From: a bacterium
GTDB lineage: Bacteria > UBA8248
Assembly: GCA_965203325.1 (NCBI GenBank)
Contig: OZ241875.1
Location: forward strand, 1,642,609 to 1,706,608
Length of the DNA stretch: 64,000 nt
Direction of reading: 5' to 3'
How positions within the stretch are numbered: the stretch's first letter is position 1; every line of letters starts with the position of its first letter. Position numbers and translations under genes: made by a program. Below, piece after piece: positions 1 through 12,228 of this stretch. Under the pieces are notes generated by a model. That model had not been told where the DNA came from. It did no database searches and saw only the letters and a list, made by a program, of their open reading frames with translations.

Positions 1-2203
<2,203 letters not shown>

Positions 2204-2211
<8 letters not shown>

Positions 2212-3655
2212 GCCGACGGGATTTGTGGAATTCGGAAGGGAAGCGCCCAAGACGAGGCCCGTGGAAGAGCGCGTCCACGACTGGGACGTCGTCTATCTCC
2301 CCACGCCGCACGAGACGCTCAAGCAGCAAGGTGCGCGGTGTATGGACTGCGGCATTCCCTTCTGCCATGAGGGATGCCCGCTGGGCAATCTGATCCCCGA
2401 CTGGAACGATCTGGTCTACCGCGATTTGTGGAAAGACGCCATCGACCGGCTCCACGCGACGAACAATTTCCCCGAGTTCACGGGCTGGCTCTGTCCGGCG
2501 CCGTGCGAGGATTCCTGCGTTCTGACGATCAACGACTCCCCGGTGACCATTAAGGAGATCGAAAAATCCGTCATCGAGCACGCCTTCGAACAGGGCTGGG
2601 TGGAGGCGACACCGCCTGCGGTGCGCACCGGCAAGAAAGCCGCCGTCGTCGGTTCGGGACCGGCGGGGCTGGCCGCCGCCCAGCAACTCAACTGGGCGGG
2701 CCACCTGGTCACCGTGTTCGAGCGCGACGACAAGCTCGGCGGACTCATGCGCTACGGGATACCGGACTTCAAGATGGACAAGACGTATATCGACCGCCGC
2801 ACGCAGCAGATGGAAGAAGAGGGCGTGGCGTTCCGCGTGAACGCGAACGTGGGCGTCGACCCCAAGGTCTCAGAACTCCAGGAAGAATTCGACGCCATCG
2901 TGCTGGCCGCAGGCGCTCTCCAACACAGGGATCTGCAGATTCCGGGCCGCGAGATGGACGGCATCCACTTCGGCATGCGCTACCTCACCATGCAGAACCG
3001 GAGGCTCGCGGGCGAGGACATTCCGGATGAGGATTTCATCACCGCGAAGGACAAGCACGTGGTCGTCATCGGCGGCGGCGATACGGGTGCGGACTGCGTG
3101 GGCACCGCGCACAGGCAGGGGGCGAAAACCGTCCGGCAGTTCCAGTACCACCCGCGCCCGCCGGACAAGCGGGACCCGCTGAACGACCCCTGGCCGAACT
3201 ACGCGAACATCTTCCGCACCGCGCCCATGTACGAAGAGGGCGGAGAGCGCATCTTCCAGATCCAGACCCGCCAGTTCCTGGGCGAAAACGGCCAAGTCAA
3301 GAAAATCGACACCGTAAAGGTGAACGAATCCCACGACGAGGACGGAAGAATCGTCTTCACCGAGATTCCGGGCACGGAAGAGGAAATCGACGCGGACCTC
3401 GTTCTCCTGGCGATCGGCTTCCAGGGTCCCGACTGCCACCCGCTTCTCGATGAACTGGCGCTTGAGCGCACCGGGCGCGGCGCGGTGAGCCGCGATGAAA
3501 AGTGGATGACGAGCGCGCCCGGCGTCTTCGTGGCGGGCGACATGATGCGCGGCGCATCCCTCGTGGTATGGGCGATTGCCGATGGCCGCTCCTGCGCCCG
3601 CGCCGTGGACGAATACCTGATGGGAGAATCCCAACTCCCCGCCCCGCTGGAATAG
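2204..3655 (+). CDS. gltD: Glutamate synthase small subunit
   Basis: MGKPTGF start, [38 protein letters not shown]; overlaps the gltB stop. Confidence 0.97.
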
Positions 3656-3745
3656 CAAACACGGACGCTACCACTCCACCAAGCCTCTTCTCGCAACCCC
3701 ATCACCAAGGCGAGCAAAAAGTTTTTGAACGTACAGACAAAAGAG

Positions 3746-3774
3746 TTGACACGCCTAGTATTTCAGTTTATTGT
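3746..3774 (+). promoter_or_regulatory. Sigma70-type promoter TTGACA-N17-TATTGT for the repeat-protein gene
   Basis: Perfect -35 at 3746-3751, 17-bp spacer, -10 TATTGT at 3769-3774; ATG at 3823. Confidence 0.65.
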
Positions 3775-3822
3775 TGTTGCTATGCGAATGTAATGCGAAC
3801 GTTACGCGAACGGAGTGTAACC

Positions 3823-4374
3823 ATGACTCAAGAAATCCTCACCGCCATCGCTAGGCTGGACAAGAAAACGACTGCCGCAATCACGAAACTCGATGAAAAA
3901 ACAGCCGCCGCCATCGCCAAGCTGGACGAAAAAACGATTGCCGCCATTACGAAACTTGACGAAAAAACGACCACCGCTATCGCCAATCTGGACAAGAAAA
4001 CGACAGCTGCCATCTCGAAACTCGACGAAAAGACAACTACCGCTATCGCCAACCTGGACAAGAAAACGACAGCTGCCATCTCGAAACTCGACGAAAAGAC
4101 AACCGCCGCCATCGCCAAGCTGGACGAAAAAACGATTGCCGCCATCTCGAAACTTGACGAAAAGACAACTACCGCTATCGCCAACCTGGATGAGAAAACA
4201 ACCAAAGCCCTTACGGAAGTCAGGAGCGAAATCACCACTTTCAGAAAAGAAGTAGACCAAAGGTTCGATACACTCGAATCAGAGATGGGTGAGGGATTCG
4301 AACTTCTCGACGGCCGCATGGTGAGTCTGGAGGCGAAAGTAGAGGCTTTGAGAGAAAACAAGGAGTGGGAGTAA
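3823..4374 (+). CDS. Hypothetical coiled-coil protein with about eleven 11-aa repeats (TAAIxKLDEKT)
   Basis: GGAG upstream of ATG 3823; tandem 33-bp repeats; amphipathic C-terminal helix. Confidence 0.75.
   Translation: MTQEILTAIARLDKKTTAAITKLDEKTAAAIAKLDEKTIAAITKLDEKTTTAIANLDKKTTAAISKLDEKTTTAIANLDKKTTAAISKLDEKTTAAIAKLDEKTIAAISKLDEKTTTAIANLDEKTTKALTEVRSEITTFRKEVDQRFDTLESEMGEGFELLDGRMVSLEAKVEALRENKEWE
3841..4203 (+). repeat. 33-bp tandem coding repeat, about 11 copies, with a higher-order 66-bp duplication
   Basis: Recurrent ...aa(g/a)ct(g/c/t)gacgaaaa(a/g)ac...; TTAIANLDKKTTAAISKLDEKT occurs twice in tandem. Confidence 0.9.
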
Positions 4375-4488
4375 GCAGCATATAAGCAAATCTTCTTCAG
4401 CAAACAGCTTTCTCTCGAGAAGCTCTAAACCCATGACTTCCCGATCGATGCCAAATGCTTTATCCATTCAAGTCCGGGTTGCGTGACA

Positions 4489-4516
4489 GGGGAGGCAAAA
4501 ACCTCCCCGTCCTTTT
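4489..4516 (+). terminator. Probable intrinsic terminator between convergent genes
   Basis: ggggagg-caaaaa-cctcccc hairpin followed by gtcctttt. Confidence 0.5.
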
Positions 4517-4570
4517 AGATCGCTACCAATGATAAAGAGCGTACCCTAATCTCAGAAAAACCGAACAGTT

Positions 4571-5575
4571 TTATTTCGCCAGCACCTTGTTCTTGATGGG
4601 CCGTATGTCGAAAACCTCAGGCTTGTTCGTGTCCACCTTCACCTTGACGGCGTGCATGTGCTTTGCGCCGAAGACCTGGAGGGCGACGACGTTCGGCGCC
4701 TTTTTCGGGAACGGACGCGTGATCCGGTATTTGTGGCTGTCGCCATAGATCAGCAGGACCGGCTTTTTGAACGCGGCGGCCTTTTCGAGCAGCGCATCGC
4801 CGAACCGCTTGAAGCCCGATGCGCCCGAGAACGCCTCTTTTTTCGCTCTGAAGAATCCCGGCTTGAACATGTCGGCGTGGATCGCGAGCACGAGCGCCTT
4901 TGCCTTCATGGCGATGGCCCCCTCGAAGCCCGCTTTCAGCCAGGCGACGTTCGCCTTATCGCGGGCGAAGAACTCCTGGACGGCGCGCCTGTCCCGCACC
5001 TCGAAATTGTTGTTCGAACCCACGACGTGCGCCGCCACGAAATGAACGCCCTCTTTCACGAAGCGCGCATTTTCGGGATAGCCGGCGAATTCCTTCATGG
5101 CGTCGGATTGGCGTTCGAGCTTCATGGGAGCCTTGCCGAGTGATTGCGGGCCGCGTGAGAAGTAGTGCTTCCGCAAGAAGGCGAGCCTCTCGATAGGATC
5201 GAAACGGCCGGCCTTCTTGCGGTGGCAATCCGTCCATTCGTTGTCGCCGGGCGTGTAGACGAGCGGGGCGTCGAAAGAGTTCATGAAACCGAGCTGGTCG
5301 AGCAACATCTTGTCCGAACAGGGCGTGGAGCCCGACTTGGTGTCCCCGATGTGAATGGTGAAGGCGGGTTTCAGCGCGTTCACTTGGCCGATCAGCGTCT
5401 TGAACGGTGCGTAGACCTTCGCGGGCTTCCCGTATGGCATGTCGCCCAGGGCCACGAAGGTGAAGGGCTGATCGGCCGAGGCTGCGCCCGCCGTCAGCAC
5501 GCATAGTGTCAACGCGCCGAGCAGCGCGCCCAAACATTTGCGCAAGAATGAAGCGGAATTTTTCATCGGACCCAT
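4571..5575 (-). CDS. Secreted calcineurin-like metallophosphoesterase
   Basis: Signal peptide (AASA-D), GDMPY, HIGDTK, PGDNEWTDC, GDSH motifs; exact start uncertain. Confidence 0.8.
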   Translation of the reverse strand: MGPMKNSASFLRKCLGALLGALTLCVLTAGAASADQPFTFVALGDMPYGKPAKVYAPFKTLIGQVNALKPAFTIHIGDTKSGSTPCSDKMLLDQLGFMNSFDAPLVYTPGDNEWTDCHRKKAGRFDPIERLAFLRKHYFSRGPQSLGKAPMKLERQSDAMKEFAGYPENARFVKEGVHFVAAHVVGSNNNFEVRDRRAVQEFFARDKANVAWLKAGFEGAIAMKAKALVLAIHADMFKPGFFRAKKEAFSGASGFKRFGDALLEKAAAFKKPVLLIYGDSHKYRITRPFPKKAPNVVALQVFGAKHMHAVKVKVDTNKPEVFDIRPIKNKVLAK

Positions 5576-5801
5576 CCCATCCACCTCCTATGGATTGCAA
5601 GAAAGATTGGCATCTCCCGATACGAAAGGAGACGCCTGCCAACAACTGGAAAAACAGCCATGCCGAAGTCCGGGTTTTCGCTCGTAGCTCCCTACGGGAT
5701 GGAATATAGAGAAGATTTCCAGGAGAGGTGTTACAAACAGGTGGCGGTTCCATGATTTTTCGCTAAAACAGGGGCGGATGAACCGCGCGCCGCTCAAAAA
5801 C

Positions 5802-6692
5802 CTACCTGCGCCAGCCCAGCCTGTCCGCGATGCGCAGGATGATGTCCGATCGGTTGAGGGCGTAGACGTGAAAATGGTTGACGCCCAGTTCCATCAACTC
5901 CCAAATCTGGAACGCCGCCAGATCGGCCGAGCTTTCCTGAAAGGCCTCGGGGTCATCCTCGTAGGGCGCCAACGCATCGACGACGCTTTTGGGCACGCTC
6001 GCCCCGCATTTTTCCGCGAAACGCTGGACCTGGCCGAGGTCGCGCACGGGCAGGATGCCCGGCGACACGGGAACCGGGACGCCCCGAATCGCCGTCTGCT
6101 CCCGGAACCGCTCCCAGACGCTCGCCTCGAAGAAGAACTGCGAAATCGCGTAGCTGGCCCCTTCGTCGACCTTGCGGATGAAGTGATCCATATCCGCGTT
6201 CTTGTCGGGCGTTTCGGGGTGGCCCTCGGGGTAGCAGGCCACGCCGATGGAGTGGAGCCAGTCGAAGTTACAGAGCCACCGCACGAGGTCGGCGGCGTAG
6301 CGGAACCCGCCGGCCACGGCCTCATCGTGCGTCATGCCTTCCGGGATGTCGCCGCGAAGCGCCAGGATGTCGTACACCCGGTTATCCCCATAAACGTCCA
6401 ACAGGCGTGAGAGTTCCGCTTCATTCGCGCCCACGCAGGTGAGGTGCGCCACGACGCGGCGCGGATAGCGCCTCGCCAGCTCCAGCACCAACTCGAGCGT
6501 GCCCTCCTGCGTGGAGCCGCCCGCTCCGTAGGTCACCGAGGTGAAGGCGACGTCCATCGCGTCGTGAATCGCCTCCACCTCGCGCAGGGTGCGCTCCACC
6601 GCCTTGCGCCCCTTGGGCGGGTAGAGCTCGATGGAGACGCTCACTCCATCGGAGACGATGCCATCGATGACGGCGGACAACCCGTTCACCAC
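5802..6692 (-). CDS. metF: 5,10-methylenetetrahydrofolate reductase
   Basis: SIELYPPK, SVTYGAGGST, AHLTCVG, LALRGD, ACYPEGHPE, ISQFFF, HVYALNR. Confidence 0.95.
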   Translation of the reverse strand: MVNGLSAVIDGIVSDGVSVSIELYPPKGRKAVERTLREVEAIHDAMDVAFTSVTYGAGGSTQEGTLELVLELARRYPRRVVAHLTCVGANEAELSRLLDVYGDNRVYDILALRGDIPEGMTHDEAVAGGFRYAADLVRWLCNFDWLHSIGVACYPEGHPETPDKNADMDHFIRKVDEGASYAISQFFFEASVWERFREQTAIRGVPVPVSPGILPVRDLGQVQRFAEKCGASVPKSVVDALAPYEDDPEAFQESSADLAAFQIWELMELGVNHFHVYALNRSDIILRIADRLGWRR

Positions 6693-6734
6693 TTCCCTCC
6701 TCCCTCAGACGGACGCCGGAAGAATGAGAAACGC

Positions 6735-6770
6735 AAAAAAACGGGCGCGGGGCATGTTCACCCCGCGCCC
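6735..6770 (-). terminator. Intrinsic terminator after the sod-peroxiredoxin operon
   Basis: Minus strand gggcgcgggg-tgaacatg-ccccgcgccc followed by g and T7. Confidence 0.8.
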
Positions 6771-6795
6771 AGGAACATCAGGTGCAAAGACCGGC

Positions 6796-7260
6796 CTAGC
6801 CCAGACCCTCGATTGCCGCGAAGAGCTTATCGTCGTCGGGCTTCTCAGGCGGAGCGGACGTCACCTCCATGTAGGCGACGTTCCCGTCCTTGTTGACGAG
6901 AATCACCGCGCGGTTGCTGAAGCCCTTGTCGTTCAAGAGCCCATAGGCCGCGCACGTTCCCTTGCCGAAGAAATCGCTCAGCAGCGGGAATTCGATGCCG
7001 TATTTCTCGGCCCAGGCGGCGTGCGCGAACGGGCTGTCCACGCTGATGCCGATGACCTCGCAGTCGGCATTGTCGAACTTCGCCTTCTCCGCCTGATAGG
7101 CGGGCAGCTGCTCGCTGCACACGGAGGAGAAATCGAACGGGTAGAAGCAAAGCAGCACGTTCTTCTTGCCCCGGTAATCGCTCAGCTTGATCGTGTCGCC
7201 CTCGGCGAGGGTTCTCGGCAGCTCGAAATCGGGAGCCGCATCACCTACGCTCAGTGCCAT
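6796..7260 (-). CDS. Peroxiredoxin (AhpE/BCP-like, AhpC/TSA family)
   Basis: [20 protein letters not shown] peroxidatic motif, GISVDS, FPLLSDF. Confidence 0.9.
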   Translation of the reverse strand: MALSVGDAAPDFELPRTLAEGDTIKLSDYRGKKNVLLCFYPFDFSSVCSEQLPAYQAEKAKFDNADCEVIGISVDSPFAHAAWAEKYGIEFPLLSDFFGKGTCAAYGLLNDKGFSNRAVILVNKDGNVAYMEVTSAPPEKPDDDKLFAAIEGLG

Positions 7261-7272
7261 GAGACAACCCTC

Positions 7273-7860
<588 letters not shown>

Positions 7861-8106
7861 TTCGTTTTCTCCTTGATGGGAATGGAATGTTCCGATTCAG
7901 GTGGTAAATATCAAACCCCGAGGCCACGGCCCCGAAAAATTATCCAAAACCGCCGGATCGCGTGAACGGCGATAAGAGACGATGCGGATGGGTTTTCCGT
8001 GTTGAGTAAAATCGTATCTCTGCCCTGATTCACAAGCGCGCGTATTCTACTTTCAGGGATCGTCCGCGTCAAACCGCATCCTGAGCGGGAACGGCCCGTC
8101 TTTCGC

Positions 8107-9006
8107 CTATTCCGGCGCGTCCATCTTCTGGATTTCGTCGAAATCGCGGTAGAGAAGCGTCAGGTCCTCCTCGATCATCCCCCGCTCGACAGCCTTCCTC
8201 AAGAACGAGAGCGTACCCTCGGCGAGCTGGATGTCAGCACCTCTCTTTCGCCCGATGCCGACGGCGAGGCCGACGTCTTTTTGCAGGTTGTAGATGCGGG
8301 CCTGCCCGTTCCAGGTGCCCGAGAGGATGTTGTTCGGAAAACGGTGGCGGCTCGCGTAGCTGTAGGCCGTCGACGCGTTGAAGATGTCAATCATGTCCTC
8401 GACCCGCATCCCGAGCCGCTCGACGAGGCGCGCGCCCTCGCAGGTCGCCAGGAACATGGTGTGGAGCACCATGTTGTGGATGAGCTTCATGGTGTGGCCC
8501 GAACCCAGCGCGCCCAGATGGAAGACGTGGTCGACGAAGGGTTTCAGGTATCGCCTCGTGCGCTTCAAGAGTTTCTCGTCCCCTCCGATCATCAAGGTCA
8601 GCCTGCCCTCCAGAATGTTGCCGGGCCCGCCGCTCATGCCGGCGTCGAGATAGCCCAGCCCCGCGCGCTCGGCGCGCTTCGCGAGACGCTTCGTCTTCGC
8701 CGGGTCGGACGTCGTGAGGTCGTAGACGACGAGGCCTTTTTTCGGGTTTTTGAGCAGGCCGTCCTTTCCCCGAAAACACGCGGCTATCTCACTTGAGGAA
8801 GGCACGACGAAGAAGACGACCGCGCAGGATTCCCCTATCTCGCGCGGCGTGGCGATGACGACGCCCTCGGTTTCCTCGAAGAGCCTCCGCCTATCTTCTG
8901 CGACATCCCAGACCATCAGGGGCATCTTCGCTTGTAAGAACCTTTGCGCCACGGGATTCCCCATGCGGCCCAGGCCGATGACGCCCACGCCCTTTCGTTT
9001 CGCCAT
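8107..9006 (-). CDS. 3-hydroxyisobutyrate/beta-hydroxyacid dehydrogenase family oxidoreductase
   Basis: GVIGLGRMG, DAGMSGG, LTLMIGG, GSGHTMKLIHN, KDVGLA. Confidence 0.85.
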   Translation of the reverse strand: MAKRKGVGVIGLGRMGNPVAQRFLQAKMPLMVWDVAEDRRRLFEETEGVVIATPREIGESCAVVFFVVPSSSEIAACFRGKDGLLKNPKKGLVVYDLTTSDPAKTKRLAKRAERAGLGYLDAGMSGGPGNILEGRLTLMIGGDEKLLKRTRRYLKPFVDHVFHLGALGSGHTMKLIHNMVLHTMFLATCEGARLVERLGMRVEDMIDIFNASTAYSYASRHRFPNNILSGTWNGQARIYNLQKDVGLAVGIGRKRGADIQLAEGTLSFLRKAVERGMIEEDLTLLYRDFDEIQKMDAPE

Positions 9007-9044
9007 GCAACACCTCGGATGGATGAACCGGAAATGAATTCTGC

Positions 9045-9121
9045 TGGAGCCGACGACCGGACTTGAACCGGTGACCTGCTGATTACGAATCAGCTGCTCT
9101 ACCTGTCTGAGCTACGTCGGC
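9045..9121 (-). tRNA. tRNA-Thr(CGT)
   Basis: Reverse complement gccgacgtagctcag...ctgattCGTaatcag...ggttcaagtcc...gtcggctCCA forms a cloverleaf. Confidence 0.95.
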
Positions 9122-9304
9122 AAGAAGGAGTATGCAACCCTGGTGAGGCTCGCGTTCCCCATGAGGGAGGTATTGAACACACCGCCCCCGCCTTCGTCAA
9201 GCCGAAAGAGGTCCGGGCCACCCGAAACGCAAGATTCGTAGCCGCCCGCGTTTGACTCCACGGCTTGACTTACAGGCCCGTGCGTCGTAAATCTCTTTTC
9301 TCTT

Positions 9305-9377
<73 letters not shown>

Positions 9378-9535
9378 CTACAAACCACCCCGAATCCGTT
9401 CGGGTTTCATACTATTTCTCACAGGAACGCCCGGACTACGTCTCGTGCGGGAATGCGGCCCGCCCCCGGAGGGGGCCGGTTCGCGCGCCGGGTCACCCAC
9501 GGCCCGCTCCCGGATCACCAATATGGAGACCGAAG

Positions 9536-9925
9536 ATGGACGACGCCGAGAAAAAGGCCCTGATCGAGAAGACCGTCGCCGACCGCGGCTGGGTGCTGCC
9601 CGAGCAGGAGTTCTACATCAACAAAGACCCCGAATACCACGTGCGCCAAAGCGCGCTCTATAACCACGTCATCAAGCGCGAGGGGGCGCTCTCTGAAAAG
9701 ATGCGCGAGCTCATCATTATCACCGCCCTTTGCGTGCGCCTCCCCGGCACGGAGGTGGAAACCTACGTCAAAAACCACATCCGCCGCGCGCTGGACCTGG
9801 GCGCCACTGAGGATGAGATATTCGAGGCCGTGCAATGCCTGATCTTCCCGGCAGGCGGCCCCTCGCTGATGATGGGCATCAAGTGCCTGCGCGCCGTCCT
9901 GGAAGAGCGCGGACTTTTAGATTGA
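9536..9925 (+). CDS. Carboxymuconolactone decarboxylase (CMD/AhpD-fold) protein without CxxC
   Basis: LSEKMRELIII...HIRRALDLGATEDEIFEA...AGGP pattern. Confidence 0.8.
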   Translation: MDDAEKKALIEKTVADRGWVLPEQEFYINKDPEYHVRQSALYNHVIKREGALSEKMRELIIITALCVRLPGTEVETYVKNHIRRALDLGATEDEIFEAVQCLIFPAGGPSLMMGIKCLRAVLEERGLLD

Positions 9926-9954
9926 TTTTTCGAGATAGTCATAGGGGACACCGC

Positions 9955-10692
9955 ATGGACAGAAGCATCTGGGCGACCTGGTACGATCTGCCGAAAGAAG
10001 ACGAGGCCGAATACAACGACTGGCTCCACCACACCCACATCAAGGACGCGCTCAAGCGTCCCGGCTACATGTGGGCGGCCCACTATGAACTCGTGGACAG
10101 GGAATCGCCCAAATCGAAGAAAAAGGACCATTTGGCCTACACGGACGACCCCTCGATCCCGGGCGGCACGGAGTTTCTGCTGCTCTTCGGGGGCACGAGT
10201 GCTGAGGTGTTCCTGAGCCCCAACCCGGCGCAGCTTGCGGAGACCTATTCCGATGAGACGAAGGCGATGATCGGTAAGCGAATCGGCGAGCGCACGGGCA
10301 TCTTCACCGAGGTGGACCGGGTGAACGGCCCCGCCGCCGCTACCCGCGCTCTCGGAGGCGTGCCCGCGCCAATCGTCCAGATGGGAACCTTCAACTGCTT
10401 CACGCCCGAGGATGATTTCGACTTGAGTTCGTGGTACGCGCAGGACCGCCTGCCCGCAATGAAGTACATGCGCGGCTGCGTGGGCACGCGCAAGCTCGTC
10501 TCGGTGGCGGGATGGGCGAAACACTCCATCTTCTATGAGTTCTCCTCGCTGGAGATGGTCCTCGAGCACTTCCCGCGCGCGGACAAGCTCTTCCCCGGCG
10601 AGAACGACTGGTCGTACCACGTATGCCAGCGCCTGCTCCACGCACCTGGCTCGCCCACGCGCGGCAAGCGCATCTGGCCGCCCGTGGAATAA
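9955..10692 (+). CDS. Hypothetical protein, duplicated EthD/dimeric alpha-beta barrel-like domains
   Basis: Two similar halves: EYNDWLHHTHI...PGY and LSSWYAQDRLP...RGC. Confidence 0.6.
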   Translation: MDRSIWATWYDLPKEDEAEYNDWLHHTHIKDALKRPGYMWAAHYELVDRESPKSKKKDHLAYTDDPSIPGGTEFLLLFGGTSAEVFLSPNPAQLAETYSDETKAMIGKRIGERTGIFTEVDRVNGPAAATRALGGVPAPIVQMGTFNCFTPEDDFDLSSWYAQDRLPAMKYMRGCVGTRKLVSVAGWAKHSIFYEFSSLEMVLEHFPRADKLFPGENDWSYHVCQRLLHAPGSPTRGKRIWPPVE

Positions 10693-10708
10693 AGCGGAGG
10701 ACGCGCGC

Positions 10709-11398
10709 ATGAACTACATGAAGCCGATACCGGTCGAGGAGGCCGAAGGCGAAGCCGCGAAACTCTTCCAAGGCGTGACGAAAATGCTCGGGCGCGTGGC
10801 GAATTCCTTCGCCGTCATGGCCTATCAGCCCCACGTCGCCAAGGTCATCCTGCCGCTCACCGTCACCCTCATGCGCGAGGGGCTGGGCACGGTGCTGCCC
10901 ACCAAGATCAAGGAAATCGCCGTCATCAAGACGAGCCACCTGAACGGGTGCGACTACTGACTCGGACACAACACGGCGCTCGGTCGAGACGCCGGGGTGA
11001 CGGAAGCGCAGGTGCAGGAAATCTGCTCGGACGCCTATATGGATTCAAAGACGATGAGCGCGCGGGAGAAGGCCGCCGTCCTGTGGGCGGAGCACGTAAC
11101 GCTGAACACCGCCAAGACGCGCGACGACGTGTTCGAGGAGGTGCGGCGTCACTACGACGACCGCGAATTCGTCGAACTCACGATGGTCATCACCTACTTC
11201 AACATGAGAAACCGCTTCCAGGACGCCCTGCGCATCCCGCTCGATGAGCCGAAAACGATATCGGGCATCACCATCGGGCGCAGGCAGGACCCCGAGAACC
11301 TGAAAGCCTATCTCGCGGACGTGGTGGAGGGGTGGCCCGAGAGCTTTCCGGGGCCAGTGTCTGAGGATGGAGGTGTTGAGAAACCTTCGATTTCGTGA
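10709..11398 (+). CDS. AhpD/CMD-family selenoprotein; in-frame UGA at 10958-10960 read as Sec (codon 84, NGCDY-U-LGH)
   Basis: The two ORFs share a frame and are separated only by TGA; TGA occupies the second Cys position of the AhpD CxxCxxH motif; downstream HNTALGRDAGVTEAQV...REKAAVLWAEHVT...ELTMVI continues the fold; SECIS present. Confidence 0.88.
10974..10994 (+). promoter_or_regulatory. Bacterial SECIS-like hairpin
   Basis: CGGCG-CUC-[GGUC]-GAG-a-CGCCG; 21 nt separate the UGA from the apical loop; the loop matches the GGUC of the E. coli fdhF SECIS. Confidence 0.75.
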
Positions 11399-11447
11399 TT
11401 CGGCGTATGTAGCAGACCGGGGAAGGAGGAAACTTCACTCTCCTCTT

Positions 11448-11753
11448 GGGGTTGTTGGAAAAGGCCACATTTCAGGGGTAGAAGAGAAGTCCCTCTCGAA
11501 TGGAAAAGCAACCCCCCCTACCCCCCCTTGTCAGGGGGGTATAAAAAAACGATGCGCCCCTGCCGGGCTGAGGGGGCTTTGTTATTTCTTGCCCCTGGCG
11601 AGGGGGGTATGAAAAGGCGACGCCCGCCGCCGGTAGAGAGGGGTTTGCTTTTTCTTGTCCCCCTGACAAGGGGGGGTAGGGGGGGGTTGCCTTATGGGGT
11701 TTCCCTTTCAAGGGGGTTGCCATTACCCTCTCATGGGCTTTTTCAACAGCCCC
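11448..11753. mobile_element. Miniature inverted-repeat element with IS-like ends and a nested palindrome
   Basis: Left GGGGTTGTTGGAAAAGGCC, right GGGCTTTTTCAACAGCCCC; internal IR ccccctacccccccttgtcagggg / cccctgacaaggggggtaggggg. Confidence 0.65.
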
Positions 11754-11784
11754 GGAATAAAGAGAATTCAGGAGGCCGTCAGCC

Positions 11785-12228
11785 ATGAGCGAAAAGCCCG
11801 ATTTCGTCTGGGAGAACCTGGAAGTCGGCATGACGATCGGCGAGCGCAGCCTCAAGGTGACGCAAGCGATGGTGGATGCGCACTGCGACGCCGTGGGCGC
11901 GCGGCGGGAGTGGTATACGGGCGAATCTCCCTTTGGCTGCGCCATCGCGCCGCCCATGATCTTCATCAACGACCTGCTCGCCATCTACGATGCGAACTAC
12001 AAGCGCTTCGGCACCATCCACGCCAAGCTCGGCTACCGCTTCCACAAGCCCGTGCGCGTCGGCGAAACGGTGCGCCAGAAAGTCACGGTGAAGGATTTGT
12101 ACGTGAAGCGCGAGAAGGGCTGGATCGTGAGCGAGCTCGCCGTAACGAACGAGGCGGGGGAGTTGCTGCTCACCTCCTCGCACACTTCCGTCCTGAGCCT
12201 CACGAGAAGGCACGAAAAAGATGACTGA
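11785..12228 (+). CDS. MaoC/hot-dog dehydratase subunit
   Basis: SPFGCAIAPP, TIHAK...FHKPVRVGE hot-dog pattern. Confidence 0.8.
   Translation: MSEKPDFVWENLEVGMTIGERSLKVTQAMVDAHCDAVGARREWYTGESPFGCAIAPPMIFINDLLAIYDANYKRFGTIHAKLGYRFHKPVRVGETVRQKVTVKDLYVKREKGWIVSELAVTNEAGELLLTSSHTSVLSLTRRHEKDD

Noticed and set aside
3502-3822. N-terminal extension of the 290-aa ORF
   Set aside because: Overlaps gltD; the promoter and RBS point to ATG 3823
3841-4203. Regular 33-bp repeats as a CRISPR array
   Set aside because: No unique spacers, the repeats are in-frame coding units, and no cas genes are present
6693-6795. SAM or other riboswitch upstream of metF
   Set aside because: Only the upstream operon's terminator hairpin is recognisable; no aptamer consensus seen
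6796-7260. Peroxiredoxin as a second selenoprotein
   Set aside because: The active site is encoded as Cys and the frame is uninterrupted
11472-11984. ORFs spanning repeat clusters (also 56199..56828, 50507..50830, 23587..23817)
   Set aside because: Translations of palindromic repeats with no RBS or family features
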